DNA of 64,000 nt, taken from assembly GCA_030141605.1 (NCBI GenBank), contig JAQGDQ010000006.1:1384687-1448686 (forward strand). The letters are read 5' to 3'. The DNA comes from Tubiluchus corallicola. Its lineage: Eukaryota > Animalia > Priapulida. The notes beneath the pieces are model-generated. The model made no database searches and was not told where the DNA came from. It was given only the letters and a program-made list of their open reading frames with translations. The stretch's first letter is position 1; each line of letters opens with the position of its first letter. Below, in pieces: positions 21,933-34,400 of the stretch. The translations under genes were made by a program, and so were the position numbers.

Positions 21933-23049
21933 CATTACAAGATCAATACAATACACTGTGGAATTGTTGATTAATGTAAGTGATGAGTAGCATATTTTGG
22001 TTACGCAAGTAGTGACTGTATGGCAGTGCCAAAGCTTTATTTATTGCAGCAATTGATGAAAAGCCTCAGAATTGAAAAAAACGAATAATCAAGGCCTTGT
22101 TGCTTCTTGCAACACTACGTGGGTATTCACACTTGCCAATAGTCCTGTGTATTGTGGTGGCAGCCTAGACCGTTTCACCGTGTGCAGTGGTACACAAAGT
22201 CTGTACACAACAAGGCTGTACACAAGAATGTCAAGCAAGCGCGAATGTCCTGCTACGTATCATGATGCACGTATATCGCACCATGGTACAGTGGTATGAC
22301 AATGGGTATAAGTGGTATGTTGCAAATGTACTTGAGGAACATCTTTCTAAATTAAAGCATAAGACATATTGTCTCAATTGGTTTCAAACAGTTTAACTGA
22401 CCTATGTTTTTTACTCTTTTTTCTACTTTTATTGTATTCACACCTTGTATTCAGTTTTACTGCTATGGTGTGACTTTTTAATAGAACCAATTATTTATTT
22501 ATTCATGTACACTGTGCACCATTCGTACTGTTCTATCGTTTGTATCAACACTGCAAATTCTGCAACGGTACCCAGCGTCATGGTACATGAAGATTGAAGG
22601 TGATAGCACACGGCGATGAATACCTTATCCAAAGAAATAAGGACATAGATGGTGATTATGAGAAAGCGCGAGTATATTCGCATTTCCTTCTCTTAATGTC
22701 TTTATCGTTATCGAATAAGCTGCCAATGGTTTACCTTTATTCTATGCATTATTTCCTTCTGTGCCTATGCTTGCCCTCTGGCCATTTCTGAGCACAGTAG
22801 GTTTACAATACGGGAAGCCTTACTAAAATATTTTTATCCCCTGGTTCGGCTTGGATGTACGATGAATGTATTTTCTTTTCATTCGGTTTTAATAATAGTT
22901 ATGAAAAAGATATCTGCCCGCAAGAAACCGTAAAGACAGCAGTTAATCTAATGCTGTACCAGTGGTTTGTCAGCACCACTTCCAACTAATAATAGATTTC
23001 TTTTATTTTAGAATTCTGCCTGCCAAACGTCTACAATAGACTTAATGGG

Positions 23050-23294
23050 TAGAGGGTGAGCATTCTCTACCGGAAAACAAATTCGAATAGATTCGAATTT
23101 TTGACTTTTGAACTCGAATCGCGCCGAATTTCGAATCGAATTCGAACTGAGTGTGCTAATTGTGATAAGTGTGCTAATTGCATGATGTTCTAATGATAAC
23201 AAACGTAACCACAAAATGCTGAATTATTGAAGTCTAAGTTTAGTTTCAAATCGAATTTGAATGTTCCAACTCGAACGTTCGGTGCTCACCCCTA
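23050..23294. mobile_element. hAT-type MITE (copy 1) with TTCGAA-rich subterminal repeats
   Basis: TIRs TAGAGGGTGAGCA / TGCTCACCCCTA; 8-bp TSD TTAATGGG / GTAATGGG. Confidence 0.8.
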
Positions 23295-23788
23295 GTAATG
23301 GGCTTATGATGATATAATGATGAATAATAGTTATGAAACATTGCTAAAATTTGATGAAACTGCTAGGTACATTATTAGAATTTATACACTTTTGCAGGTA
23401 AATTCAGGTACCCTGTATTTAGGTTGTCCCTATCATTAAGCCACTATAGGCAACACAGTGATTAACAGGCAACAATAATAATATTTACACGAATAGCTAG
23501 AATCTAACGCAGTACGTGCAAAATATTTTAACTGAATTTTTTTGAGTGGTCTGTGATTTCAGGCTTTCTAAAAAATTTTTCGAGTGGCTTGTGACTTCAT
23601 GTAGGTGTGCATGAGCATGTGGAATTTTCTGAATACTTGCACCCCCAAGTTCGCACATGTACACCAACCACCCATCAATGAAGGATCGTTTAATCCACAG
23701 GCCACATGCACCTACCATGCGGTATGGGCTGCACTGCCGTGTTGATATGTGCTACATGCTCAATGCCAACTGCTACATGTGCAGAAAT

Positions 23789-24215
23789 TAGGGGTGAGCA
23801 TTCTCTATTAGAAAGCAAATTCGAATCGAATTTGTGACTTTCGAATTTGAGTCGAACCGAACTTCAGTATTTCGAATTCGAATTGAGATTTGAGCATTTT
23901 TGAACAAGTTTTCGAACCACCAGTAAAGAGTCTTATAACGAACCACCAGTAAAAAGAATATCAGTCCTACAAAGATCATGCATATTACTCGATTTTCTTC
24001 TGGAGTAAAACCACTAATAATTTCTTTAAAAACTGTGCCCAGAAATCACAGGTAAATTATGCTAATTGCATGATGTTTCAAATGTCTCGATGATAAAGAA
24101 CATATGTGTTTGAAGAGCTGAATTATTTGAATCTATATTTTTAGGTTCGAATCGAATTGGAACTGAAAAAACTCGTTCGAATCGAACTCGAACATTCGGT
24201 CGATGCTCACGCCTA
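23789..24215. mobile_element. hAT-type MITE (copy 2, longer)
   Basis: TIRs TAGGGGTGAGCA / TGCTCACGCCTA; same TTCGAATCGAA arrays; degenerate TSD GTGCAGA(A)AT / GTGCAGAT. Confidence 0.78.
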
Positions 24216-24499
24216 GTGCAGATCATGAAGATCGTGCCCAGTTCGACGAGTACAGGGCTATAATTTCTATACTTTTCTTTAAGATTACTTTGCAAAAAGT
24301 TGCAATACTGTAACATTCGAAGACTGCATGGCCTGCATTCGCTTCCTTTTCCTAATTTCAGTCAAGAACAATTTTTATTGTTATTTTATTGAGAGAATTA
24401 AAGGCTGTTTTCATTAACGCGCTTGCGCAGTTACTTATTATTTCTCACGCGGTCCGCTGTAGCGGCGGGAGAGCCACGCAAGCTTTGGTAAGAGATTTT

Positions 24500-24980
24500 T
24501 TATTTTCCCATGTATAAGAGACCCTTGTGTATAAGAGACCCCTTCAATTTTTAGGCAAAAATTCTGGAAAAAAGTTTTTTGGTAATGAATACCTTTGTTC
24601 ATCATAGAAATCATTAAATTCCTCATCACTCTCATCAAAAATATCAACTGGAGTCAGACCTTCAGCAATTCCAGCCAGTTCATCATCAGAGGAGTCACTC
24701 TGCTCAAAAATGGCATTGTCCTCTTTTGACATTTAAAAAAATAATAACTTACCCGGTACATTAATTTTATCATTAGAATTTAGCCATGGAGAAGATTTAT
24801 TGAAAGGAAACTATAATTATTCGAAATAAAACAGTTGTAGAGCACTTATTTCTTTAAAATCATTAGTGTCACAATTTATGCATTTTATTGAAAAGACTTA
24901 CTCCCATGTATAAGAGACCCCCTATTTTTAAAGTGAAAATTCTGAGCAAAAAAGGGTCTCTTATACACGGGAAAATACGG
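24500..24980. mobile_element. pogo-like MITE
   Basis: TATTTTCCCATGTATAAGAGACCC is inverted against GGGTCTCTTATACACGGGAAAATACGG|TA. An internal acidic remnant (DIFDESDEEFNDF) resembles pogo transposase tails. Confidence 0.7.
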
Positions 24981-27900
24981 TAGTATAGTTGTTTATAGGT
25001 GTTTATATATATATATATATTGAAGAGCAAGAAGTGAGAACAGAAGATATTAATAGCATTATATATTGAAAATTAAATGGGAGAAGATAATGCAGGAGAA
25101 TTATTGAATTCTGTAAAGAGTAAAGTAAAGTGGTTAGAACTAGAAGGGATAGTGGCTTGAGATTAAAATAAGATTATACGATTTTCCTTGCGTTCGTTAG
25201 CGCTAGATGTTGCTACCGACGCCGGGTACGGCGAGGGTGCATCTAGAACCTACAAGAGAAGTGCAGTTAATGCTTGCTCTTAGCATGGATTTGCCACTCT
25301 GCTTATTGCCTATATTGGTTATTTACTGAAAGGACCGCCCACACGGCACGCGCTGGTACATACAGCTTACTAGCTAGTCATTGTGGCTTTGAGTTATTTG
25401 TCATAAGTAATTGTTCAGTTGTATTTATATCGAACATGATTGAATCGGTTGTATAATGTTAACTTAAATAAATTTCGCATACATGCAATATTATTGTATA
25501 TAAGAGCTGGTATAAAAATATGCGGGGAAATGCACGATGATTTATAATGGAAAAAATGAAAAGGTCAGAGGATTTTCCACTGTTACTATCCACAGTTTCT
25601 GAAACATTTTTTCTACAAGCAAAACTATCGTGGACGATGATCAACACAGGAGACCAGGTTAGTAGTTGCTTTTTATCGTATATTGCCGATATGTTTATAA
25701 GTCACACTTTTGAATTGTTATAGTTACTTATACTTGTATTGCCACTATTTTGGTTTTTTACAAGTGGGGATTCGATTTTGTCATTGTGAATTCGGTATGT
25801 GGTTGTAAATGTTTTATAAACTTAGCCGTTTTCGTAATTATTTAGATTCCTATATTCATATTTGTTCATTTACATGCTCATAAAAATTACTCAATTACAT
25901 GCCAATAAACTCTTAGCAATTGGCTATAGTCATTTTTTCTCAGACTGAGCTGTCATCTATCGTCAGTTTTTTAATTATTTCTGCAAAGTATATTAATTAG
26001 CATTAACAGTGGAATGGTTAGTTGTGATAGGCCAATATTAAATAAATGCACATTTTTAGTTAGCTGTATTTACCCAAATTTACTGCTGTAATGATTCATT
26101 AGATCAGAAATTTAGTTTTCATTAGTTTGTGTTGTGTGATGAAAACTGGTTAATTCAAAGGTGTTTATGTAGTACATTCAGAATAATGAATTTTAAGCAA
26201 TTAAATCACTCGCTGAAAGTAAAAGTTGAATGGGAGAGCTTAAAATCAAAGTTTGGTAGTGTGAGCAAATTTTCAGTTTGAAAAAATAAAGTACAATATC
26301 GATCTCAAGTAAAAGTTTTTAATGCAGTTAAATACTTTTGGATTGTTTTTAAAGAAATTTAACAGGCAGTACAATGCTAGATGGCGTGAGTCACAGTGTG
26401 TATGTGAAATTTCAGAGAATTAAAAACTTTCCCATGCTATGTGAACTTCAAAAATTTTGTACTGAATTTCGTTTAGCTCAGTCTCTTAAAAATTGTGCAT
26501 ATAATTTTTTAAATTCCAGTTCCATACGTCAGTACCAGATATTATCAGTTACAAATGACTGCTTATATAGCTTTTTTCTATTTTGTATTATTTGCATTGA
26601 AAAGTTTTTTGAGTTGGATATACTGCCCAATCTTCAAGAGTCTCACGAAGAATGCATGTACGTTTCTGCCTATGAATAACAAGCCCAACACGACTATAGT
26701 ATAATAAGTGTAATGTACAGTATAAACGGTGTGTTGAGAATGCACCCGTCGCTGGACACGATTCACGTGTTCAGTCATTCTCAGTGAGTGCAATGTAAAG
26801 TAATTGTCGGGTTTCTTCACTTCAAATAACGCGATTTAATAATTGGAATGATTTGTCTGGTGACATGTTTCTTGGACCTAATTAAGTTATACAAAATTAC
26901 CATTCTGAAGTGTATTATAAGATTTTTCATTGCTACTTAATTAGATAAGATGTTTTGATGCACCTTGTCCAACTTATAGCCTATGTTCAAATTATTATAG
27001 TACACAAACAGGAAGGCTCGACCAGAAGACAGTGATAAAATAAACTGTTAGCTACTTGTTGCTGGCAGCATGATTATCTGTATTTGATCAGACTTACACA
27101 CCCTTAGTCGCCCTTAATGTTACTGACATCATACTCTTCTAATGGCTAGTTAATTGAAAAAAAGCTGGAACACTGTGGGTCGATGAGGACTTGAACGCAT
27201 AACCTTGTGATTTCAGATCGGCTGTACTGACTTCTGGTCTGATAGTGTAGTAGGTTACAGATTTTTTCCTAGCAGTACACAATCAATCGGAAACATCTAC
27301 ACGATACCATAATTGTAGTGATATGGCTCTCTATTTTTAAAAAAAACACTGACATGATGTACAAGCTCAGTGGTAATTTACTGTGTTAAAGAGATCATAA
27401 TTTGCTGCCTTTATTTATTTTCAGATTATACCATGTGACCTTCAGGCTTCAAGTGTGTTGGAACTGAAACATTATTTTAGTGAATCTGAGTGCTGTGTTT
27501 CATTGCATCATTTGAACCCTAGATAAAATTTAAGCCTTTACTCCTTCATTTGCTGTATACCGCTTGTGCGATGTTTTAAAAACCAGCTGACCCTGAAACA
27601 CGACAGACACAGTGCGATTGATGATTACTTTGCATATGTACAATGGTGAAATAAAAGACATGCGTCAACTGACATTTTTCCTAAGTTGCCATTTTATGTA
27701 GAAGCAGGTCTAAGAAAAATGATAGAACCTGTAACTGGCAGTTCTGTTCTTTAGAACATTGAATTGATTTATACACGATTAAAGACAGTATGTCATATTT
27801 GGATATACTAAGGAAATGCGTGGAAGTTCAGAACTGCTTGAAGCGACTGAAGTCAACTTATGCGAAATTTACAGCAAATCTTGAATGTTTTTACAGTTAA

Positions 27901-29637
27901 TCTTTGAAATAATGATGATGGTGGTTTATCTATAAGCTGATAGACCATAAAGTAAAATTTTAATGGTGATGGTAATGATTATGATGAATTTATTTATATT
28001 AAGCCTGCAAGATAGACTGAGTCACATTGTTGCTTCAGTAATTAGAACTTTATTTAATATTTATACCATTAATTCATTTTCATATTGACTGAGTCAAGCA
28101 GCAGTATGTGTAGGCCTAAATCTCGTAGCTTGTAATGCCAATCTTTTTCTTTAAGTGGCGGCTCATACTTTGCATAATATATACCACTGTTTTTACAGCA
28201 TGTGTTGCAGCACACGAAATCTATTATTGAACTAATAAAAGTTCGTATCATTTATATTTAGACAGAGCTTCGTCAATTGTACTGGCTTAATAGATTTGCT
28301 ATCTTTTCGGCTGCACTTTGACATAATAAATTGTTCTGTAATTGTTGCTTTTGTACCCCTAGCAAACTGTTATGTACCCTTTTAAACTGGAACAGCAAAC
28401 CACTAGTCAAAACCAAGCCTTCTAAAGTATAGATGCATGGATGTAGCTGACCTTTAAGTAGGTTGCAGGGGGGTTTTAGACACGGGTTTTAGGCACAAGA
28501 CTGTGTCTAACCGAATATTTGTTCAAGTTATCCTTTTGTCCAAATAATCTGTGTCCTTTTGTTTATGTGTGTCCAAATGACCTATGTGTCCATAAGTTTG
28601 GCAGTGAGGCATCCTATAAAAAATGTCTGTATCGAAATATGTGCACACCATTCAGCTAACTTAATATTATTAAGCATAATAGTTCTTTAAGGTAAGACAC
28701 TGAATCATCAGAGATTGTTTAGCCCTGTGGATGAGTATACATCCTTCATCAATAGATTTTTCCTAATGGTCATTCAACAGTTTACTACTCTATTCAGCAT
28801 TGCTTAATTTCTCTGTTAAGTATTCACTGCTATCATGATGCAGCTGTTCTTGTTTGGTGATACAGGCATAGCTCAATGGTAGTAATAGGCTAGCACTACA
28901 GAATTTGGTGTAAAAATTTAAGTGTTATAGGCCTATTGTTGTTGTAATGTTAAAATGTATAACGAACAAGTTCAACAAACAACTACGTCATTTTGTTTGT
29001 TTTACTTAAAGTTTAATAAACAGATGCATTGTGTTACTGTTAAACTAGTGTATTGAAAATAGAAAAAACCTTGATGTTAAAAAGTAATAAAGTGTGTACA
29101 TAGTTACACAAGTGTTTTGGGTTATGTTATAGATTTTTTTTCAGATTTTTAAATTAATTAATAATTTTTAGTTATTTTCAGACGTAAAAGTATCATAGTC
29201 CATGCCTATAGAAAAAAGTAGTTTTGATACGAATACACGTACATACACAGAGTTTATCAAATGCATATTTGCTTAAAGGTTACTTTTGTTGGAGTAACCT
29301 CCAACACAGCTCCTCTAAAATGTAACCCACATCATCGTGCAGCCCTATTCCTCTTCTTTTCAAAGAGCTATTATATTTCCTTCCAAGTGTCCCACCAGAT
29401 GCCAGTAGAATATTTTTCTGTGGTCTGTTTTTTTGAAAAAATCAGGAGTTGGGTCTGGGAGAACACCCATTACACTACTACACCCATCTAACTTCATGAA
29501 TTTTGTGATATGTTGATGGAATACAAAAAGCTCTATGTACTAAAGTTTAAATAAGATTGCAGACAGTTCAAATAATGCCTAGTGTATGTTGTACATGCCA
29601 AAATAATAAGGTCGAGCCTAAAATAGTCAAATGTGAT

Positions 29638-29985
29638 TTGTGAATTCGAACATTCGAATTCGATTCGTACGAGTTTTTTTAGTTCGAATTTGATTCGATA
29701 ATTCAGCACTTCAACCTCATACTATCATTAAAAGCTTTGCAACATTGTGCAATTAGCGTAATTTAGCTGTGATTTCTGTGCGCAATTTTTAAACAAATTA
29801 TTAATAGTTTTATTGCAGAACAAAGTCTTCTAATATGCAAGATCTTTGCAGGACTAATTTTTATTGGTGGTTCGAAAACTTGTTTTCGAAAATCTTTCAA
29901 TCTCAGTTGGAGTTTGATTTGAATTTGAAATACTGAAGTTCGGTTCGATTCGAATTCGTTTTCTGCTAGAGAATGCTTGCCCCTA
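29638..29985 (-). mobile_element. hAT-type MITE (copy 3, inverted, one end truncated)
   Basis: Reverse complement of the 23789-24200 element; ends AGAGAATGCTTGCCCCTA. Confidence 0.72.
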
Positions 29986-31407
29986 GTATTGACTTATACA
30001 CGATGTATTGGTTTATACATGATAAAATAAATCAAATTAAACAATCATACTATTGCAGTTTTGCTTAAATACGGGTTTTATTGAATAGTCTGAAAATAGT
30101 CTGAATAGCTTTTGAAAGAATAAGGCTGCTTTTAAAATACTTAACACTTTACTACATAACATTAATCATTAAACACGAACACAGATTTACTAATCAGAAC
30201 AATTTTTATACAGCACCAATTATCGCTAACTGAAAACGACATAACATTACAGAGTTTATAATTCTTTTCAACTAGAATTCCAAGAAAATTCGGTTCGGTT
30301 TCTTTCTGTTATTTTATTCAGAATTCGATTTGGCAGCACAATCGATCATTCTGTTAAGCTTTGGTTTATTTGCAGTAAGAATAAAAAAATCTGTTTCGGT
30401 TCAGTTGATTAAAATGTGCCTTTTGTTGCACCGCTAGTCGCACTCAGCAGTACAATATGGGATACCTCTAAGTGGTGCACCTGCAGCTTTGCCTTGTGAC
30501 GGAAATTGCATTTTTTATTGTTATAGTTCATTGCACATGTCCATGGCAATTTTTCTCAGAGAGAAATTGCGCGACAAGTTGTGAGAGAAGTCTCTACGTC
30601 TGAACCACATAACACATAAGTGGCTGGCTGGCCTAAGAACGATTCAATCTTTGATTCTTGGTGAAGTCACTGATGAATCATTTGCGTGTTGTTAGAAATT
30701 ATTAAGCAGCACTAAATTGTTAATTTTGCCGTATATTGAGTTCTGCATTGGGATTTCAAAAGGCAAATCAACTCTTTGTGCCACTATCGAAAGACTGAAC
30801 AACGGCTTTTTTGCTTCAAATGACAAAACTAAAAAAGAACCAAAAATTTGGTAATTGACTAAATTGTTTTTCACTTCATCGCACAACCTACCGGCTTATT
30901 TTATCGAAATTTTATTCTTGGTATAATAATGTTAATAATAATTACTCCATTGTGATGTATTCTGTTTGCTGTATGGTTGGTGTCATAATAAACGTTCCAA
31001 ACATTTAAAAAAAATTATAGAGGTTCTCAAAACAGTTTTTCTTGTGTCTTGTACAAGGTGGTCTGGAGTTATCTAGAGTTTTTTCTTGATGTGTATGAGT
31101 TATGATAATTGTAATTACAACAAGTTTTTTATTTATTATTAATTAGAAATGGCTCCAGCTTTGTGCTTATAGATGACCCTTGTAGTCAGAGACTCTGAGC
31201 TTGCCTCAAATGACTTTTACGTTCGTAAATAATGTGCTATTGTACTTCTTGCTATAGTGTTACCGTTTTTAAAATTAAAATAAATTCTACATTTTGAAAT
31301 TTGTAAAAAAGTTTCCAAAGCTTTATCACATTTTCATTAATTTTTATTTGCACAGGAATTTGAGCAATCTTTGCATTATTTAGTTGGCATAAGGCCCATT
31401 GGCAAGC

Positions 31408-34400
31408 ATGTCTGATGATGATTGGGGATCTCCTACTGCTGCAGGCAGCAGCTTCAAAATGTCAGGTAAAAACTGAATGTTAAAAGAGAAATATAACGAA
31501 AATCAAGTTGAGCTTGTTTTGCAACTGACTTACTCGGTCGTAATTTGGCTGTGTTGTCTAATTAATGTGTAATTAAGTTATTTGTATCTCACGGGAAAAG
31601 CTGTGGAGTGCTCTTTACGCTCAACACAGTTAAATCTGCGAACCAACAGAGCTTTTACTAGATGACCAGGGTCACATTCATTGTTGTGGTGTTTGCGACA
31701 TATACATTATCGGGTACTCATTATGATGTTTACAATATTTATAGTTCAGTTACTGTACCTGATTGAAAACTTCGTCTAAAAACCATTGGTCGCAAGTCAC
31801 AAGACCCGCTGTAAAATTACTGGCCCGCAGTTGTTGTTGCAGAAACAAACTCGACAAAAAGTCGCAAGTCAGTTGATCAGTCAATGAATAACCTTTGAAT
31901 TATTATCACACAGTGCCTCTAAAAAGTGAAAAAAGCCACTATTATGAAGAAATGTGTTGCATTCACTAATGTTTATTAAACTTCAGCTGATTCTCAGTTG
32001 TCACAATGGCTGTGGTTGGTTAAACTTGTGAACGCCTACTTGCGTAAAGCTTGAGATCAAGATTAAGTCATAGCGGTCGACCTGTGACTTTGCCTGGGTT
32101 GCATGTATGCACACCCAAAGATTACTGTGTGAATTACACTTAGGCCTTACAACTAGGTTTGTCGTACGCTTCGTACCTGAATCTAGTGCCAGATATATAA
32201 ATGCTTAGTAACATTTGTGTTTTTTACAACAAGCAAATTCAATACTCTAATTTTCTTTGTCTGCTGTAGGTCATAGCTCAGCATGTTGTTAAGCACTTAC
32301 TCATGGTTACATGCACTACTTACTCATGGTCACAGCGCTATGTAGAGCTATCTATAATTGTGGGCTACAAGCTCACATTCACTGTGAAAAAATGTTGCAG
32401 AACAACTGTTTTATATCTATAATTGAACTCTGAAACGTGTTATTAGGAGATGCTGCATGTTGACGTATTTACTGAATTTATTTTATTACTTTTGTCTTGT
32501 TTCACAAGTTGATGACCCTGCCACTTGATCTGTAAAGGCACAATATAAATATAATTTCATTGCTGTTCTTGACCAATAGATACTTTTTTAGAAACTGGGC
32601 CAGGTTTTTATTGTTTTTGTAAAATGTTAATGATCTTTCTAGCAATATTTGCAATACCCTTCTGTGGCAGGCTGCTTTATAAGCATTTTGGTCTTTGTCT
32701 ATTTTACAGACATGCAAGAAATAGAGTCCTCAATAATTCTACATTTAGAAATTTACTTAAAATTCTTCTGATCAAAGAATACTGGCAGAATCTTATTTGC
32801 TGATTTAATGCAAACTACAATTTCCAAAAGCTAAATATCGCAATCATTATAGACTCCAGATCCTGTCACTGAGAGTTCAATTCCAGGCTTCCAAGTCACA
32901 ATGTGCTGAATTTGCATGAAAAATACTTTGCAAGGTACTTTAGAAACCTGCAAGTGGCGTCAGAAAATGTACTCTCTGACAACCTAAAACATGGGCCCTG
33001 ACTTGTAATGTCTTCCACGTTACATTAGTAAATGACTTTTATTTTAAGTGCATTTAGTGGTTTTATTTCAAACATTATAACTAAATTATTTACTACAAGT
33101 TTTACAAAAAATTGTGTACTTTTTTTGTAGGCATTAGCAACCGATCTCCAGGAATAGGTTTCGGACGAGGATTGAGTTTTCAGAAAGTTGCTGGAGATGT
33201 CAGCACTAATGGCTGGAATAGCTCTAACACGTTTTCTCGACCAGGAGGTAATAAAAAAACGTTTAAATTTTTGAATATGCATTGCGTAATTTGTAATTTC
33301 TATGTGCTATTTAAGAAAGTAGTCTTTCGACAAACTGAGATTACTGATGATTATATTTAAAGGTATTCTAAACTGTAATAAAATACGAGCTCAGAATATT
33401 TGCTGTGTCTTGCTAAAGTGATTTCATTAATAATTTTTAAGAGATACACTTTACCAGCGCATAAAGAACAAATGTTTACATTAAAAAATTCAACCCTTCA
33501 CCCTGTGATTGGCACTTGCAAGTGTTACACCATCATTGGTACATTTCTTCCCATCATGAGTGATGTCAGCATGATATACTAAACATTCACTGTTGAAAGG
33601 AACAATGTGTAAGCCGATGACTGCTATAAATCGGTATGTGCAGTGAACAGTAGCAAAACGGAAAGAGGTAGCATAACTTTATTTGTTTAGAAGAAGTTGT
33701 AAACTCTTAAACATTAGCGATAAAATTTTGATTGTTTTGCCAGAATTCATCTTTTGCATACTTTTCCCATTTTAGCTATTAAGATTTGGTCTCTAAGAAC
33801 GTTCATACAGGCTGTTTTTGAAACAAATTGCTCTCTCTATGTCAAACTCCGCATTTTTATATTACGGGATAACCCCGCTTAAGCACTAGTGCGTTCCAGC
33901 AAAATGTGACATTAAGTGAAACGTCGTCAGATGAAGTCAAGACTTCCACAGAAAGGAATGTAAAAGAATTGAGATACGTTTCAGAGGCAAAAATTAGTGC
34001 TGCCTAATTCACATAAATTAAACTTTTCATGAGTTTTATTCATATTTCTATTGTTTAATTTGTTTTTGCTTGTGTGAAACCACACGTCGTTCGTATATAC
34101 CTAGGAAGCGATTTTCTCTTTCATTAACGTTGAAGCCTTACGGAGTTAGTATTTGAACAGTGCATAGTAAAAGTCAAGCCCTGTGGTGGCCTTGAGACAA
34201 TTTCATCTAGCTATCACTTGCTATAGCAACAGGTTTCAGGCAAAATTCCTTGCACAAAGTTTGCACTTAAGTGCCTGCAGGCATATAAATCGTAAATAAA
34301 TTTGCTTGATACATTTATACATTGATAACAATTGTACTGGTTTACATTACTAGCACTTTTTTACAAAGAATAAGGCAGTAGGCACTGTTTTAATGTTTCA

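Noticed and set aside
27170-27245. tRNA gene on the minus strand (similar signals at ~15690 and ~43700-43760)
   Set aside because: Only A/B-box-like fragments with no intact acceptor stem or cloverleaf; better explained as decayed SINE heads.
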